In this document: in pieces, positions 36,557 through 50,639 of the stretch
How positions within the stretch are numbered: position 1 is the stretch's first letter
Layout: the number at the start of each line of letters is the position of its first letter
Assembly: GCF_963921235.1 (NCBI RefSeq)
Contig: NC_086097.1
Coordinates: 111,292,001-111,356,000 of the forward strand
Direction of reading: 5' to 3'
Origin: Mobula hypostoma
Lineage: Eukaryota
DNA: 64,000 nucleotides
Made by a program: the position numbers and the translations under genes
Notes under the pieces: generated by a model
The model's database searches: none
The model's input: only the letters and a program-made list of their open reading frames with translations
What the model was told of the DNA's origin: nothing

Positions 36557-39434
36557 GTATCAGGGCCATGTCCCCAGCATGTTTTGTCTGTTTCCTCTGG
36601 CTGCCATAATGGGAATTTGTGCTACACTTCTTAACATGCAAGAGTAGAAATCCTCCAGCAGTTGACTAACTTTTTTTTGAATGATTGCTAGAGAATGTGG
36701 ATTCTTAAGGCATGTGTTCTGTTTTTCCTAATATAAACCTTTCAGCACTTTATGTTAACGTGCAGTATCAAAAAAAATTTGTAAGTAGTATTAATATTGT
36801 AAAGCAACCAATGTGAAAAGGTAGCAGTTAGAATCAATTACAAGTGACCTATAAAAGTAGAAAGCAATTGTTTAATTCTTGATCTGTGATTTATTTTGGT
36901 TTTAGTTTCATCAATTGTTTAGATATTCCTTGATTTATAAATATTTTATTTATTTTTGTTATAATTCCATTGACACGTTAGTCTATGCATTCTTGATATA
37001 CAAATTTGAATTGCTACAATAAATGGCACACAGTTGGAGAAAGAGGGAAATATGAAGACAGAAATTATTAATATCTGTAATAATAACTGGCAGCAGCATA
37101 CAATGTATTTCTGTTGTGCAGATCATGATGATTCTTGTTGGCACAACTACGTAAATATATCTACAATCAAATTAACTTGCTGCTGGAGAAAAGGGTACCA
37201 ACTTTCAAAATTATGTGTTATATGGCATTTCCAAATGTGGTCACAAAATGACCAATCACAATTTTTTTGTGGTTAAGAACATGATAATGCAATTATTTTC
37301 TCATGCCACATTCCCTCTCCCCGAATTGGCAAACCACTACTAACATTTTGCTTCCCTGCTAATCAAGATCTGTGTTAAGAATTCAGATATTTGTGGTGAT
37401 GTCTCTTTGTTATATTTAATTTACATATTTAAAGTTTAGGTTTATTGACTGACATTCATGAGCTCTGGGACCCAGCTAGATATTTTATGTTGAAACAATA
37501 TACATATACATGTTTAATAAAACCTGAGAGTACAATCTATTCATAAATCAAGGAGTATCTCTATTTTTTGTAATTTATTTCATTTAGAATGTATCTTGAA
37601 CCAAAATGGTGTCCTAGTTTTCTGAAATATTCCTCAGAAAATTTTAGTTATCTTTTTGGGAAGCGTGGATATTGGAAATTTAAAACCAAAATTTAATTTG
37701 CTACTGGAAATGAAAGCTGTCTTAGAAGCATTTCCACATGTGAATACCTTTGTAAAACAAACAAAAAATTCTAATCCTTTGAAATGCATGGCTAAATAAT
37801 GTTTATTTTTGGCAAGGTGGAAGTGCTTTTATTTGGATTATGATAAGCTATTTGGAAAAGTCAGTAGTTTAATTAGAAAATGAAATGTCAATTAAAGGTG
37901 AAATTCATGTAAAAACTAATCAAAGATATCTGTCAGTTAATAAGCTTTACAAGTTGGACTCTGAGAATGGAAAGGGGAATCTTATTTTTAATTTATATGA
38001 ATTTCAGTACCAATCTAAAAACTGTTTCATCATAAAAAATGAAGGGACTGTGTTCAATCTAGTAATCTTTCACATGATTGCTTTTTATATAATTGATTTG
38101 TGTTGTGTAAAATATTGTGTTATGTCTTTTGCTTCTGCATGGCATGATTATTGGCAAGGTATTTTATTTAACAAAGTTTCTTGCCTGTTAGAACGAAGAC
38201 TTCTCATACTAAATTGTTTGTTAGAAAGCCTTACTAGTCTAAATGTATTACTTGTGACTAACCTATTATTACAGTAGTCTCTAATCCTGATTTATTACTA
38301 CCTGCATTCTGCTTGTGTTTAATTTTTGACACCAAAGTAGAAGAAGTTGATATTATCGGGTTTTAGCAGTTTTGATTGAATATGTGGGCAAGTGGCAAGT
38401 CCTTTAGGGCTTGCCTGAAAGAGTAGCATAAAAAGAGAGGTAAAAGTGTCATGAATTTAAAGAACCACTGAAATATAACCAGAAGCAAAGGACTGTTTGG
38501 CTAAGCAAGTTGAGTTTGCATTCAACAAGTTATTTTTCTTGACTTACATTTTGAATTGTTTTTTCAAACATGAAGGCATTTAGGAATTTTTTGAGGGAAT
38601 ATTCAGAAGATTGCCAGATTGATTTTTTTTCCTATCTTGAAGCTGCTTATTGGCAGCTTCCAAATTATACATTTATACTTTAATAAGAATGTGGCAACAT
38701 TTGGTAATTGAAGAATCATGTAACCTTTTAACCCACTATGTAGGTTGGGAAATTTCTCTATTAACAAATTTTCATTGGGACCAAATTGCATTCATAGAAT
38801 GTGGAGACTGAGGCGAGGCTGTAAGGTTTACCAACATGAATGTATTCTGCCAATAGTGAATCTGACAAAATCCATTTTCAAAGCAGAAGTTTAATTTGAA
38901 GGTTTCTTATCAGCCCGTATTATGCGGTCTTTTTGAAGAGCTGTTTTTAGTGTTCTGCAATTAAGATGTACTTGAAATTTTGTTGAATTGGCCGTTGGAC
39001 TTGAGATCATTACAGGGGTGTTTCTAGTCATATTTTAAAGAGTAAAGGAAATTGCTACAACATTACTTTTATCCCAAATAAAACCATTGTTAGAAATTAT
39101 CAGCTGGTCAAGGCAGCATTTTGTGGAGAGAGAAATAGAGTTAAAACATTTCAGTTAAGTGATCCTTCCTGAAAGTCTATTGTTTCTCTTCAAGGCATTA
39201 AGTTCTAATTTATAAATGAAAAACAGTGGGAATAACTGAGAATTAATGCATGTTTATTATTTTTTCATGATGAAGACTTGATAAGAATCTAATTGACTAT
39301 AATTATATTGACATTCTTGTCTACCACAAAACTGTCATGTTAGTTTACATGCATAGCTCCATGTTCCTTTTGTTTGCAGTCGTTTCCAACATTATTAATG
39401 CTATTACTGAAACATGAATTATTTTAACTTGCAG

Positions 39435-39605
39435 GATTCCTTATCTGAAGTAGAAGAGAAATATAAAAAAGCAATGGTTTCCAATGCACAACTTGACAAT
39501 GATAAATCAAATCTAGTCTATCAAGTGGACACTCTAAAAGACGTTATTGAGGAGATGGAGGAGCAGATGGCAGAGCTATATAGAGAGAATGAGGAAAAAT
39601 CCAAG
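39435..39605 (+). CDS. LRRFIP2: LRRFIP2 coding exon, 171 nt, coiled coil ([36 protein letters not shown]...ENEEKSK)
   Basis: ttgcag / gtagtt; LRRFIP hallmark [16 protein letters not shown]; lies within ORF 39414..39635. Confidence 0.97.
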
Positions 39606-40195
39606 GTAGTTGGTTATAAACTTCTGCACCATTAACTGGGTGTTACTGTTGACTTTGCACCATATTGATCAGGAAGTGGGGAAAACTATTCTAATTTTAC
39701 AACTGTGGAATTATTTTAATTGAAATTACTGTTACTCAGTTTTTTTTTGTTGTTGAATGCATTGGCGTATCCTGCATGACATGGTCAAATGAGCATCAAA
39801 ACCAGGTAAAAGCTTTGATTGTGATGCTTTGTGGGGAGCTTTGTGTCTTCAATACCAGGTTACCTCATTTCCAGGAGTAGAAAAAAAGGGAATTTCATTG
39901 GGCTAGTCTTTGCACTATACACCAAAGTCTCGTACGAGTAAACGTGTACATTCATCAGGTGAAAAGCTGGATGGGGCCCAGATCTGATGAGCTTTCATGG
40001 GCAATATATAAAATTGTACTCAAACACATGTCTGATCAGTTGGTAGTGTTCACTCTGGCAACAGGAAAGGGAAGTCACTTAAGGGAAGACTGAGAGAAAA
40101 AATATGCCTGTGTTTATCTCGTTACCCACAATATAAGAATATAAAATAGGAATAAAATTTTATAAAAACTATCATTTAAACTGTTTCTTTATCAG

Positions 40196-40288
40196 GAACT
40201 GGAACGACAGAAACATATGTGTAACGTGTCACAACATAAAATAGAAGAATTAAAAGAAGGTATTCGGCAAAGAGATGAGCTGATAGAG
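40196..40288 (+). CDS. LRRFIP2: LRRFIP2 coding exon, 93 nt ([31 protein letters not shown])
   Basis: tttatcag / gtaggt; LRRFIP2-type rather than LRRFIP1-type sequence. Confidence 0.96.
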
Positions 40289-41182
40289 GTAGGTGGAAGG
40301 TTAAGGACCATTCCTGTCAAAGGTTATCTCCTGGATGTGAAAAGCATTTGGACAATTATATTGATTATAAAGGTGATGGTATTGCTGTTGGAAATTTTAC
40401 AGAAAGTGGTATGGATTTTATTTGGAAGTAGAGCAATGTGGTATTTGGAGGTTTTTATTTCGTCCTTGTTCTATGATTGTTGTGGACTTGGAAACAGACC
40501 TTTGGGCCTCTGTGTTGTATCTCTCAATGACTCTTAAATAAGTTTCAAATTAAGCTTTGTTTCCAGGATGAAAGTTGAAAGGCTATGAAATTAGTTGACT
40601 ATTCACCACATCATTGTGCCTGAGATGATTGTCTGTGGATTTGTTAAAACTTTTATCAGCATTATTTTTATTGCTTTAAAAGAATTAAAATTTCGAGCCT
40701 TTCAGGGTGAAATGTCTTGAATTTCTGTACCTTAGCTACCCTAAATTTGAGCAATAGGAGTAAAAAGCTGATTACACTTGATAGCTAATACCCAAAGAAA
40801 TTGAGGTTTAGTAACAAAGTCTCCATTCTTGAGCAGTTTGAATAGGTTTAATAATGACTTGTCATCAGGACAGCTGTGAAACATTTAAATTTTATTTTGG
40901 AACTTCATTATTTTGTAACACTGGGGAAGGACAAAAATTTATTTCCCAACAGTAACACTGCCTGCTTCGATAAGTGAAACTTTTAGTATCTTCTTTAGGT
41001 AGATTCTAAACCAATGTGATGTTTAACGTAATCTGCTTCTTTTGTAATATATTAGCATTCACTTTCTGCAGATCCTTTTTATTTCTATATCCTAGATTCA
41101 TTTTGTCTCCCCTTATTTTTTTCCCTTTTTTACTGTCATTTCTGTTGTTTACTTGCTCTGAATCTCCCCTCCTTGTCTATAG

Positions 41183-41275
41183 GAAAACAAGTGTCTACAA
41201 CAGAGGGTGGACACCCTCATGAGGGAAGTGTTTGATCTGCAGGAAACTATCAACTGGAAAGACAAAAAAATTGGG
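41183..41275 (+). CDS. LRRFIP2: LRRFIP2 coding exon, 93 nt (ENKCLQQRVDTLMREVFDLQETINWKDKKIG)
   Basis: Long pyrimidine tract + ctatag, donor gtagga; EVFDLQETxxWKDKKIG motif. Confidence 0.93.
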
Positions 41276-41705
41276 GTAGGAGGTTAAAATGAACAGTGGG
41301 TTTGCAAATGCATGAGGTATTTATTGGTCGGTAAACATAAGGGTTTCTCTGACCAGTCACTATGTTGGAGCATGCTATAGTTGTTAACAAGTTAAATAAA
41401 ATAAAATCATATTTGTTACAAGTAGTTTTAATACAAATTTTCTGTAATTTATTGGTTGTTTGATGTAGGTTTAGTATTTTTAAACATCTGAAAGCATGCT
41501 ACAGATGGTGATAGTTGTGCAAGATGAAGAGGAATGATGAATATTACAAAATTTTAGATGAGGATGAGAATTTTGATACTTCTAAACTTGATCCCATTCA
41601 CTTTTTTGCTCCTTACCATTTCATCCGCTTTGTTTATATGTTGTAATTCACATTTCCTTCATCTTTCTGCTGTTTTTCTTATTCTGCTTGCTGTCCTGTG
41701 ATCAG

Positions 41706-41798
41706 GCTCTAGAGAGGCAGAAAGACTACTTTGACTGCATTAGGAATGAGCGTGATGAACTCAGAGATGAATTGACTGATCTGAGGGAAAGAACAAAG
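41706..41798 (+). CDS. LRRFIP2: LRRFIP2 coding exon, 93 nt (ALERQKDYFDCIRNERDELRDELTDLRERTK)
   Basis: gtgatcag / gtagga; ALExQKxY..C.RNERD motif. Confidence 0.93.
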
Positions 41799-43289
41799 GT
41801 AGGAAATGTACATGGTTGAGGCCAAAGATTGATTTATTTTGGTTTATGCTGAACTTTTATTTTCAGTTGAAATCGGTGACTGAACATTAAGTAGTGTAAC
41901 GTTAAAAGGTTTGATAAGCACCATTACTATTTGTAGTCAAAATTTCACTTCAGAGAGCAGTTTCCTTCATGACACAATAACATCAGTCATTCTTAACATA
42001 TAACTGTTTTTAAGGAAAGCTATTTAAAGTAATAGAAAATTCCTTCTCTGTTAATTCCAAGAGAGCAAGAATTGTTTACCTTGAATGAGAAAGCTTAATC
42101 TTTTTGATTGTTCCAGTGTGATTAATATTCACCATTTTTTAAATCAACTGTTCAGCGTGTGCTTTTTATTGTTTGTTAGGTCCTTCTATGGAAAGTGGAG
42201 AGCGAAGGTTCAACACTTTCACATGATACTTCACTTAACATGTTTTTAAAAAAATTTTGCCCCGCTGTGAAACAAAAGAGTGGAAAAAAGGTATCTTCTG
42301 TTAGCAACAGAACTGAGCATTTTTCATGATTTAACTCTCAGTTTCAAACGAGATTAGCCTGTAATTTGTAGTTTTTATGGTGACAAAACTATTAATATTC
42401 CCTCCGTAATTTTTCTGTATTAGGTCCTGTTCATGCCTTTGTACTTAGTCGACCCACAAAGTCTCTCAATTTCATAATGCCACTTTTTAAATTGTTTACT
42501 ACTCTTCTCTATCTTTATTTTGGTCCTGTGTAACCAAGAAAGGAGGATTTTTTGACTCGTTGAGCTTTCTGTCTCTCAGCGATCCTATTAATCCCATTCC
42601 CTGGTTTGTTTCCTTGTTGTGCATTTAATCATCGTGTTCTGACAGCTATGTCTCAAGTGACAGAATTTGGGAATTTGTTCCAATCTGTTGAATCCTGAGG
42701 ATTTCGTCATCCTGAGGTTCTTCGGAAGTCAGGAATGAGGCAGAAAACTTGTTGATTAGGGCCATTTATTAAATGTTACAGGAATGAAGAAGGAACAAAG
42801 AAAAAGAAACAAAAAACAAATAAGTCATGGTCTTATGCAAAAATTAGCTCAGACTATGAAGATAAAAAAATTCAGTGATAACAATTTAACTCTGAAACAG
42901 CCGGATTCAAGTGGCATGACTCCTGCTAGAAAAAAACTACAAAGCTTCTAAAAAAAAATACAGAATCTCTAATACAACAATTACTGGAAAATTCACTGAA
43001 TAATTACATTTATATTGCTGATTATATTAAAATTCAAGCAAGCATAGGAAAGTTTAAACAAAGTTTATATTTTTAAAGCAAAATAACAATTTTCACTATA
43101 ATCCAGCATACCTTCTTCACTGTAGCTTCATTTCAGAGTTAACTTAAAGCTGACCCTTATGGCTCTACTTTTCATTGTCTAATATTGTGTTGCCTGGTTT
43201 TTGTGTAGAAAAGCTCTGCAAATGATTCCTCACGGAGTCCAGTGATGGAATATGTTCCTGCAGTTTCGCAATACTTGTGCTATATCAGT

Positions 43290-43830
43290 TTATGGAACAG
43301 AGAACAGTACAGCACAGCAACAGGCTATTTGTCCCACAGTACTATACTGACCTAATTAAAACAATGATTGCTAATTACACTGATCTCTTCTGCCACATGT
43401 TGCCTGTATATCTTCATTCTCTACATATTCATGTGCCTATCTAAAGGAGCCTCTTAAAGTCCTCTGTCCATATCTGCCTCCACCACCACCTATGGCAATG
43501 CATTCCAAGCAACCATTAAACGAGATGTGTAGGGGGAGGGGAATGAAGGAATAAAAACTTTCCCCACACATCTCTTTTGAACTCCCCTCTCACCTTAAAT
43601 GCACACCTAGTTTTAGAATTTCAACTCTGGAAAAATCGATCTCTGCCTCTCATAATGTTATAAACTTCTGTCAGGTCTTCCCTCAACCTCTTGCTGCTCC
43701 AGAGAAAACAACGTTAATTTGACCAACCTCTCCTGCCCCCTAATTCAGGCAATATCCTGATTCACCTCTTCTAACCCTCTCCAAAGTCTCCACATTTTTC
43801 CTATAACGGGTGACCAGAATTGAAGGCAGT
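43290..43830 (-). mobile_element. Old CR1 3' fragment
   Basis: Antisense CR1 3' UTR/RT-end motifs. Confidence 0.6.
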
Positions 43831-44139
43831 GCTGGCAGAGGAACAATATTTGCATTTGAAGGGAGAAAAACGGTTACAAAGCACCAAAATGAGTTTGTTA
43901 TTTAGTGATTTTTATTGAAAATTTTTTAAAAATGATTTAGGTCTTTAATGGTTTTTATTCATTTCTGAAACTAATGCTTTGAATATTTCTGCAAAACTTT
44001 AGCTTCTGAGCATTAGAAATAATAAAGAGGGTTTTCCTTTGACAGCAGCCAAGCCGAAGAGCATGTTAGAATGGGCTGCTGATGCTGTTACCTATATTTT
44101 CATGTGTATGGATTGTTTAAGCCATATCCCCATGATTAT

Positions 44140-44430
44140 GGGCATCATGGTAACATACCAGTTAGTTCAACACAATTACCGCTCAGGGCATCAGAGTTTG
44201 GAGTGCAATCCCAATGCTGGCTGTAAAGAGTTTGTTCATTCTATCTGTAACTGCTTGAGTTTCCTCTAGATGCTCTGGTTTCCTCCCACAGTCCGAAGAT
44301 TAATTAGCCATTGTAAACTGTCCTATTAAATGTTAAGGTTAATGTTAAATAGGTGGGTTGCTGGGTGGAGCAGCTTGTTCATCCAGAAAGACCTGTTCCA
44401 CTGCATCTCGAAACACATAAATAAATAATA
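44140..44430 (+). mobile_element. Degenerate V-SINE
   Basis: gatgctctggtttcctcccacagtccgaaga V-domain; (aaat)n tail. Confidence 0.6.
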
Positions 44431-45749
44431 AATTCATCCCTGGAAGTTGTTGACTCTATACAGGGCCTCTCCACCCCACCCCCCCCACCCGAGGTTGTGT
44501 ATGTTGACTTTGGAGATTTACACTAGGTAAGTATGGGGCTTTGTTGTATGTCAATGACTGCTGCAGGTAATCTGTTGTTTATGCTAAAATTGACGTTGTT
44601 ATGAAATCAGAAATTAAATTTTCTGTTAAAAGCTTCAGAGGTTTCAATGCAAGAGCTGTAGGTTTTTGTCTTTAAGTAGACTGCAGCTTCTGGTGGTCAC
44701 ACATGCAGTTTGCAAGTAATATTTGAATGTTATGTCATTGTGGTGACCTGTTCTCTAGTCTTTGAATCTTTCCAGTAATGCTCAAATGAGGATCAGTGAT
44801 TTTATGTGAACTTCTTTAAATTTTTGACCCCTATAAGTGTTAAATAATGAATTGTCTATAAATTAGTGTTTAGCTTCTTGCTGAGCTATAGTTGTGCTGA
44901 AAAATCTCTGGTGCTGCAAAGCTGATTATTTACATTGAAGTGACAAAGTGATGAAAAATGCCGTAGATTTTAAAACTAATCTTTTTAACATTTGATATTT
45001 GAAATCTTTATTTCATTTTCTTTGAAATGATTAAAAATAATTGTAATCTATATTTTACATTCTGGTTTGCTGCCTGTGAGAATTTATTGGTCTTATTGGT
45101 GCTACAGTAGCTGTGAAACACTTGTTTTGGGATGCCACAGATGCCTTGTAGCTGGAGCCAGGTTAAAGGCCATGTACGAATAGGGAAAATTGGCATCATA
45201 TTTGAGGACAGCCTAATTCATTATTAGTGACAAACTCAGTCCATTTGAACATTGCTGTGGTTTAGTGATCTAAAAATCTGTGCTATTTAGCTATTATAAT
45301 CTATCTTTTATAAGGCAATGAATCAAATAATCCCATTGTTATTAAAATCTATGCAAGTATATCCTGTCAGGCTGAACTGTTAAATTCAAATATGCCACAC
45401 AATGATATTATTAGCAATGACATTAAATTTGGTAAATCCTGTTGCCTGGGACTCATCTCCAGAATGCTGACCAAATATATTTTCACCTAAAAATAGCCCT
45501 TGACTTTGATATAAAATTACATAATTAGCTTAAAGTAACTTTCTATTTGTGATCTCCTCTTGAGGTACAAACCTTGTTTAATTGTAAATATTTTCTCACA
45601 TTGGACAATTAATTTTACTGTGTTAACTCACTGTATCAATTCTGTAGATTAGCTCCATCTGGGTTTTGGATAGTATTGAAATGTAGGAAGCTTTAGAGAT
45701 AAATTTTACTCAAAGTGTGAAAGACTGGAACAAATGGTCTCAGCAAGTT

Positions 45750-48700
45750 TTAGAACATGGAACAGTATAGCACAGGAACAGGCCTTTCAGCGCATGATGA
45801 CTGTGCAAGCACAATGCCAAATTAACCTAAATTCCTTATGTCTACACATGGTCCCTATGCCTCCATTCCTGCATATTCATGTGCCTGTCCAAAAGCCACT
45901 CAAATGTCCCTATACTTTTTGTATCTAGTACTACCCTGGCAGCCTGTTCCAAGTACTTAGCACTCTATGTAAAATTAAAAAAAATTGTCCCACACATCTT
46001 TAAATATTTTGCCTTTCACCTTAACTGCATGTCCTCTCCCATTTCTACCCTGGAAAAAGATTCTGACTGTCAATCCTATTTATCCCTCTCATAATTTTAT
46101 AAACTTCTATCACACCTTCCCTCAATCTCTGCCACTCCTGAGAAAACAATCCAAGTTTGTCCAACCTCTCCTTATAGCTGTTGTACCCTAATCAGCAGCA
46201 TTTTTGGTAAACCTCTTCAGCCTTTTCAAAGCCCCCACATCCTTCCTGTAATAGGGCGACCAGAACTGCACACAATATTCCAAGTGGCGCCTAACCTAAA
46301 TTTTATATACAGTTGCAAGAAAATGTTTGTGAACCCTTCACAATTACTAGTTTTCTGCATTAATTACTCATAAAATGTAGTCTGATTTTCATCTTAAGTC
46401 ATAATAATAGACAAACATAATCTGCCTAAACTGATAACACACAAACAATTGTACTTTCATGTCTTTATTTAGCACATTGTTTAGTCATTCACAGTCCAGG
46501 CTGGAAAACGTATGTGAACCCTTGTATTTTATAACTGGTAGAACCTCCTTCAGCAGCAATAACCTCTACCAACCGTTTCCTGTAGTTGCTGATCAGACTT
46601 GCACAATGGGAAGGAGGAATTTTCCTCCATACAAAACTGTTTCACTTCATCAATATTCCTTGCATGAACAGCCCTCTTCATGCCACAGCATCTCAATTGG
46701 GTTAGGGCCTGGACTCTGATTTGACCATTCCAAAGCACAAATTTTCTTCTTTTTAAACTGTTCTGTTGTTGGTTTACTCTTGTGTTTTGTCTTATTGTCT
46801 TGTTGTATCATCCAGCCTCTAGTAAACTTCAGGTGATGGCCCACCACCCAGACATTCTCCTGTAAAATGCCTTGATACAATTTTGAATTCATTTTTCCCA
46901 AGAAATGCTCTTGTAGCCTTTTCTAGCTTCATGCATCACCGATTCAACCTGCAAGATATCCTTTAGTGACTCCTGCACAAGGAATCCCAACTCCCTTTGC
47001 AACTCTGATTTTTCTCCCAGTTTAGAAAACTGTCTATGCTTTTATTCCTTCTTCCAAGGTGCATGGCCAAAGACTTCCCAACACTATATTACACTTGCCA
47101 CTTCTTTGCACATTCTCCTAATCTAAGTCCTTCTGCAACACTACCTGGCCCTCTAACTATATTTATATCAAAGGAAAATATGGTCACAAAGCTATCTATT
47201 CTGTCATCCAAATCATTGACATGTAATGTGAAAAGAAGTGGTTCCAATACCAACCCCAGTGGAACAACACTATTCACCGGCACTCAACCAGAAAAGGCCA
47301 CCTTTATTCCCACTCTTTGCCTCCTGCCAGTCAGCCAGTCCTCTGTCAATGCTAGAATCTTTCCTGTAGAACCATGGGCTCCTAACTTGTTAAGCAGCCT
47401 CATGTGTGGCACCTTGTCAAAGGCCTTATGAAAATCCAAGTAAACAACATCCCAGACTCTCCTTTGCCTATCTGGCTTGTTAGTTCCTCAAACAATTCTG
47501 ACAGATTTGTCAGGCAAGAATTCTCCTTAAGGAAATCTTGCTGACTTCAGCTTGTTTTATTATATTGCTTCGTCGTTAATAATGAACTCCAGTATCTTCC
47601 CAGCCACTGAAGTCAGGCTAACTGGCCTATAATTTTTTCTGCCTCTCTTCCTTCTTGAGGAGTGGAGTGATATTTTCAATTTTCAAGTCCTCTGGAAACA
47701 TTCCAGAATCTAGTGATTCTTGAAAGATCATTACTAATGCCTCCACAATATCTTCAGCTACTTCTTTCAGAACACAGGGATGTAGTCTCTCTGGTCCAGG
47801 TGACTTACTTACCTTGAGACCTTTCAACTTCGCAAGCACCTTCTTCTTAGTAATAGCAACTGCACTCAATTGTGCCCCCTGACACACTTGAATTTCTGGC
47901 ATACTGCTAGTGTATTCTACAGTGAAGACTGATGCAAATACTTATTAAGTTCATCCACTATTTCTTCGTCCCCTATTACTTCCTCTCCATTGTCATTTTC
48001 CAGTGGTCCAATATCCACTCTTGCCTCTCTTTTTCTTTTTGTATATCAAAAAAATCTTTTTGTATCCTCTTTGATAGTATTGACTAACTTACGTTCATAT
48101 TTCATCTTTTCTCTTTTTAGTTGCCTTCTGTAGCTTTTTAAAAGCTACCCATTCCTCTAACTCCCCATTAATTTTTGTTCTATTACATGCTCTGTTTTTT
48201 GCTTTTATGCTTTTTGACTATTTGTCTGCCACAGTTGTATCATCCTCCCTTCATCTTTGGGTTGTATCTATCCTGTGGCTTCCAAATTGCTCCCAGAAGC
48301 TCTAGCCACTGCTGTTCTGCCAACACTCATGTTGATTTCCCTTCCAATCAGCTTTGGCCAGCTGCTTTCTTTTATTCTTTTATTCCACTGTAATACTGAT
48401 TTAGCTGACTTTATCTTCTCCCTCTCAAACTGAATTCTATCATATTATGATAACGACCTCCTAGGGTTCCTTTATCTTATACAACACCCAGTCCAGAATT
48501 ACCTTTCCCCTAACCGCAAACTGCTCTAAAAAGCATTCTAAAAGTTCCCTCTCTTGTGATTCAGCACCAATTTGATTTTCTCAATCTACATGCATATTGA
48601 AATCCCCATGACTATCATAATATTGTACTTTTGCCGTGCCTTTTCTACCTCCTATTGTAATTTTTATCCCCCATCCTGGCCGGAGGGTTGAAAATGCTTT

Positions 48701-50510
48701 CTTTGAATTGAATATCTCCAGTGGAGACACCTCTGAATGTTCAAATACTTCAGCTAGGACACCTCCCTGAATTTACAGAATGGTACAAATTTCTTTAAGC
48801 TGTAGTTGATGCAGGGCAATTAACACAGCCCCATTTAATGTATGACTGAAGCATATGCAATCTTGTAGTCTGTGGAGCAGTTTGTGCTTGTAACTTCAAT
48901 TTACAGCTTGTATTTTATAAAAATAACTTAAGACTAATTGCAAGCTTCCTGAACTTATTGACATTTACAATAAGAACTGAAGCCTGGTTCTTGTTTGAAT
49001 GAATATCTGCTTTATCCACTTAATTCCAGAATACTCTCTAGCAATCCCTACCCTCTGCACCAGCTCCTCAGCCAAGCATTCCTCAGCTATATCTTCCTAT
49101 TTTTACACTCTGTTGCACGTGGCAATAGGGGTAATCCAGAGACTACTACCCTTGAAACCATGCTTCTTAACCTTTTTCGCTATGCAATTGCTCAGAGTCA
49201 TCCTTGACCTAGCACCAGGGAGACAAAGCATCAGTCTAGCGTCCCTTTTGCAACCACAAAATCTCCTGTCTGCTCCCTTTCTATCACTTCAGTCCTGTCA
49301 GCTTTCTCCCTTCTCTGATAAACCTGAAAGGCAGTCCTAGTGCAAAGATCCAGCTGCTGTTGCTGCTCTTGTCTCCTGAATGGTCAGCCCTCCAACAGTA
49401 TCTAAATCGGTATACTTATTTTCAGGGGGAATGGACACAGGGGAATCTTGCACTATTTATTGACTCTCCTGTACCTTTCCTCCTGGTCACCAAGCTACCT
49501 TCACACCTTGGGTGTGACCATCTGGATGATCTTAAGTGCATCCAGCTCCAACTTCACCCCTTAACACAGACATCTTGGAGTTGCAACTGGACAATTTCCC
49601 ATAGGTGTAGTTCTCGGGGACACTGGAACTGTCCTTGATCTCCCACATCTTGTAGGATGAGCATATCACTGCCGTAACTGTCATCCAACCATAAAGACTA
49701 AAATTGAAAGATCTTATCTGTGTTTATCTTGACATTTTGTTCCTTTATTTCCTACTGACTGTATATTTGCTCCTCTAACTCTCACTAACTGTCCTCTGGC
49801 CTATAATACAATCCCATCAAGGTGATCACTCCCTAATTATTTCTGAGTTCTACACATAGCCTCACTGGATGATCCACCAGAAATATCCTCTCTAAATACT
49901 ACTGTGATGTCCCTAATCAAAAAACAGCTCTCCTTCCTTTCTTCCCTCTATCTCTCACGCCTATTCCATCTATGCCACAGCACACTAAGTTGGTAATCTT
50001 GCCAGTCAACCATGTTTTGGTTGTATTTGACACCCAATCCTTATGTACCTATCTGGAGTTTATTTGCCTTGCTTAGCAGGCTTCTTGCATTAAAATAAAT
50101 GCAGTTTAGTCTCTGAACCCTTCTTGCTCCCTGTCCTGCTTACTAAACTTGCTTGCTTTTAACTTCTATGTTTGCTTCAGCTGTCTCATCTGCCAGATTA
50201 CTGCTTTTGGTCCTGAAACATTGACTGTTTATTCATTTCTATAAATGCTGCCTAACCTGCTGAGTCCCCCAGCATTTTGTGTGTGTTACAAGGATATTGG
50301 TCCCTTTCGAATTCAGGTCCCTCTTTAACAGGTCACCTCTGTCCATGAAAAGATCCCAGTGCTCTGAGAACCTGAATCCCTTCTCCCAACTGCATCAGCA
50401 CTGTAGTCCTCATTCATCTGCCGAATATTCCTATTGTGATCCTCTCTGGCGTGTGGCATTGAGAGTAATCCAGAGATTTACAAACCTCGGAAGTCCTGCG
50501 TTTTAAGCTT
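45750..50510 (-). mobile_element. Stack of decayed CR1 fragments (RT, APE, ORF1)
   Basis: ORFs 47089..47283 (VPLGLVLEPLLFTLHVNDL) and 47627..47902 (KSPGPERLHPCVLKE); colinear with the 1891-5490 copy. Confidence 0.75.
46310..46935 (-). mobile_element. Truncated Tc1 element (one TIR)
   Basis: TA-cagttgcaagaaaatgtttgtgaaccc; ORF 46650..46901 (IQQDNKTKH..WSNQSPGPNPIEMLW). Confidence 0.85.
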
Positions 50511-50639
50511 CTGGAGCGTCGACTGTTCATTTCCTTCTGTAAATGCTGCCCATCCCACTGAGTTCCTCCAGCATTTTGTGTGTGTAACTCAAGCTATTGA
50601 TGATACTTGCACCTTGAAACTTGAAGCTCTCAACCACCT

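Noticed and set aside
37885..38277. 130-aa + strand ORF in the repeat-free intron
   Set aside because: AT-rich composition, no convincing splice-bounded segment or homology; better explained as intronic regulatory sequence.
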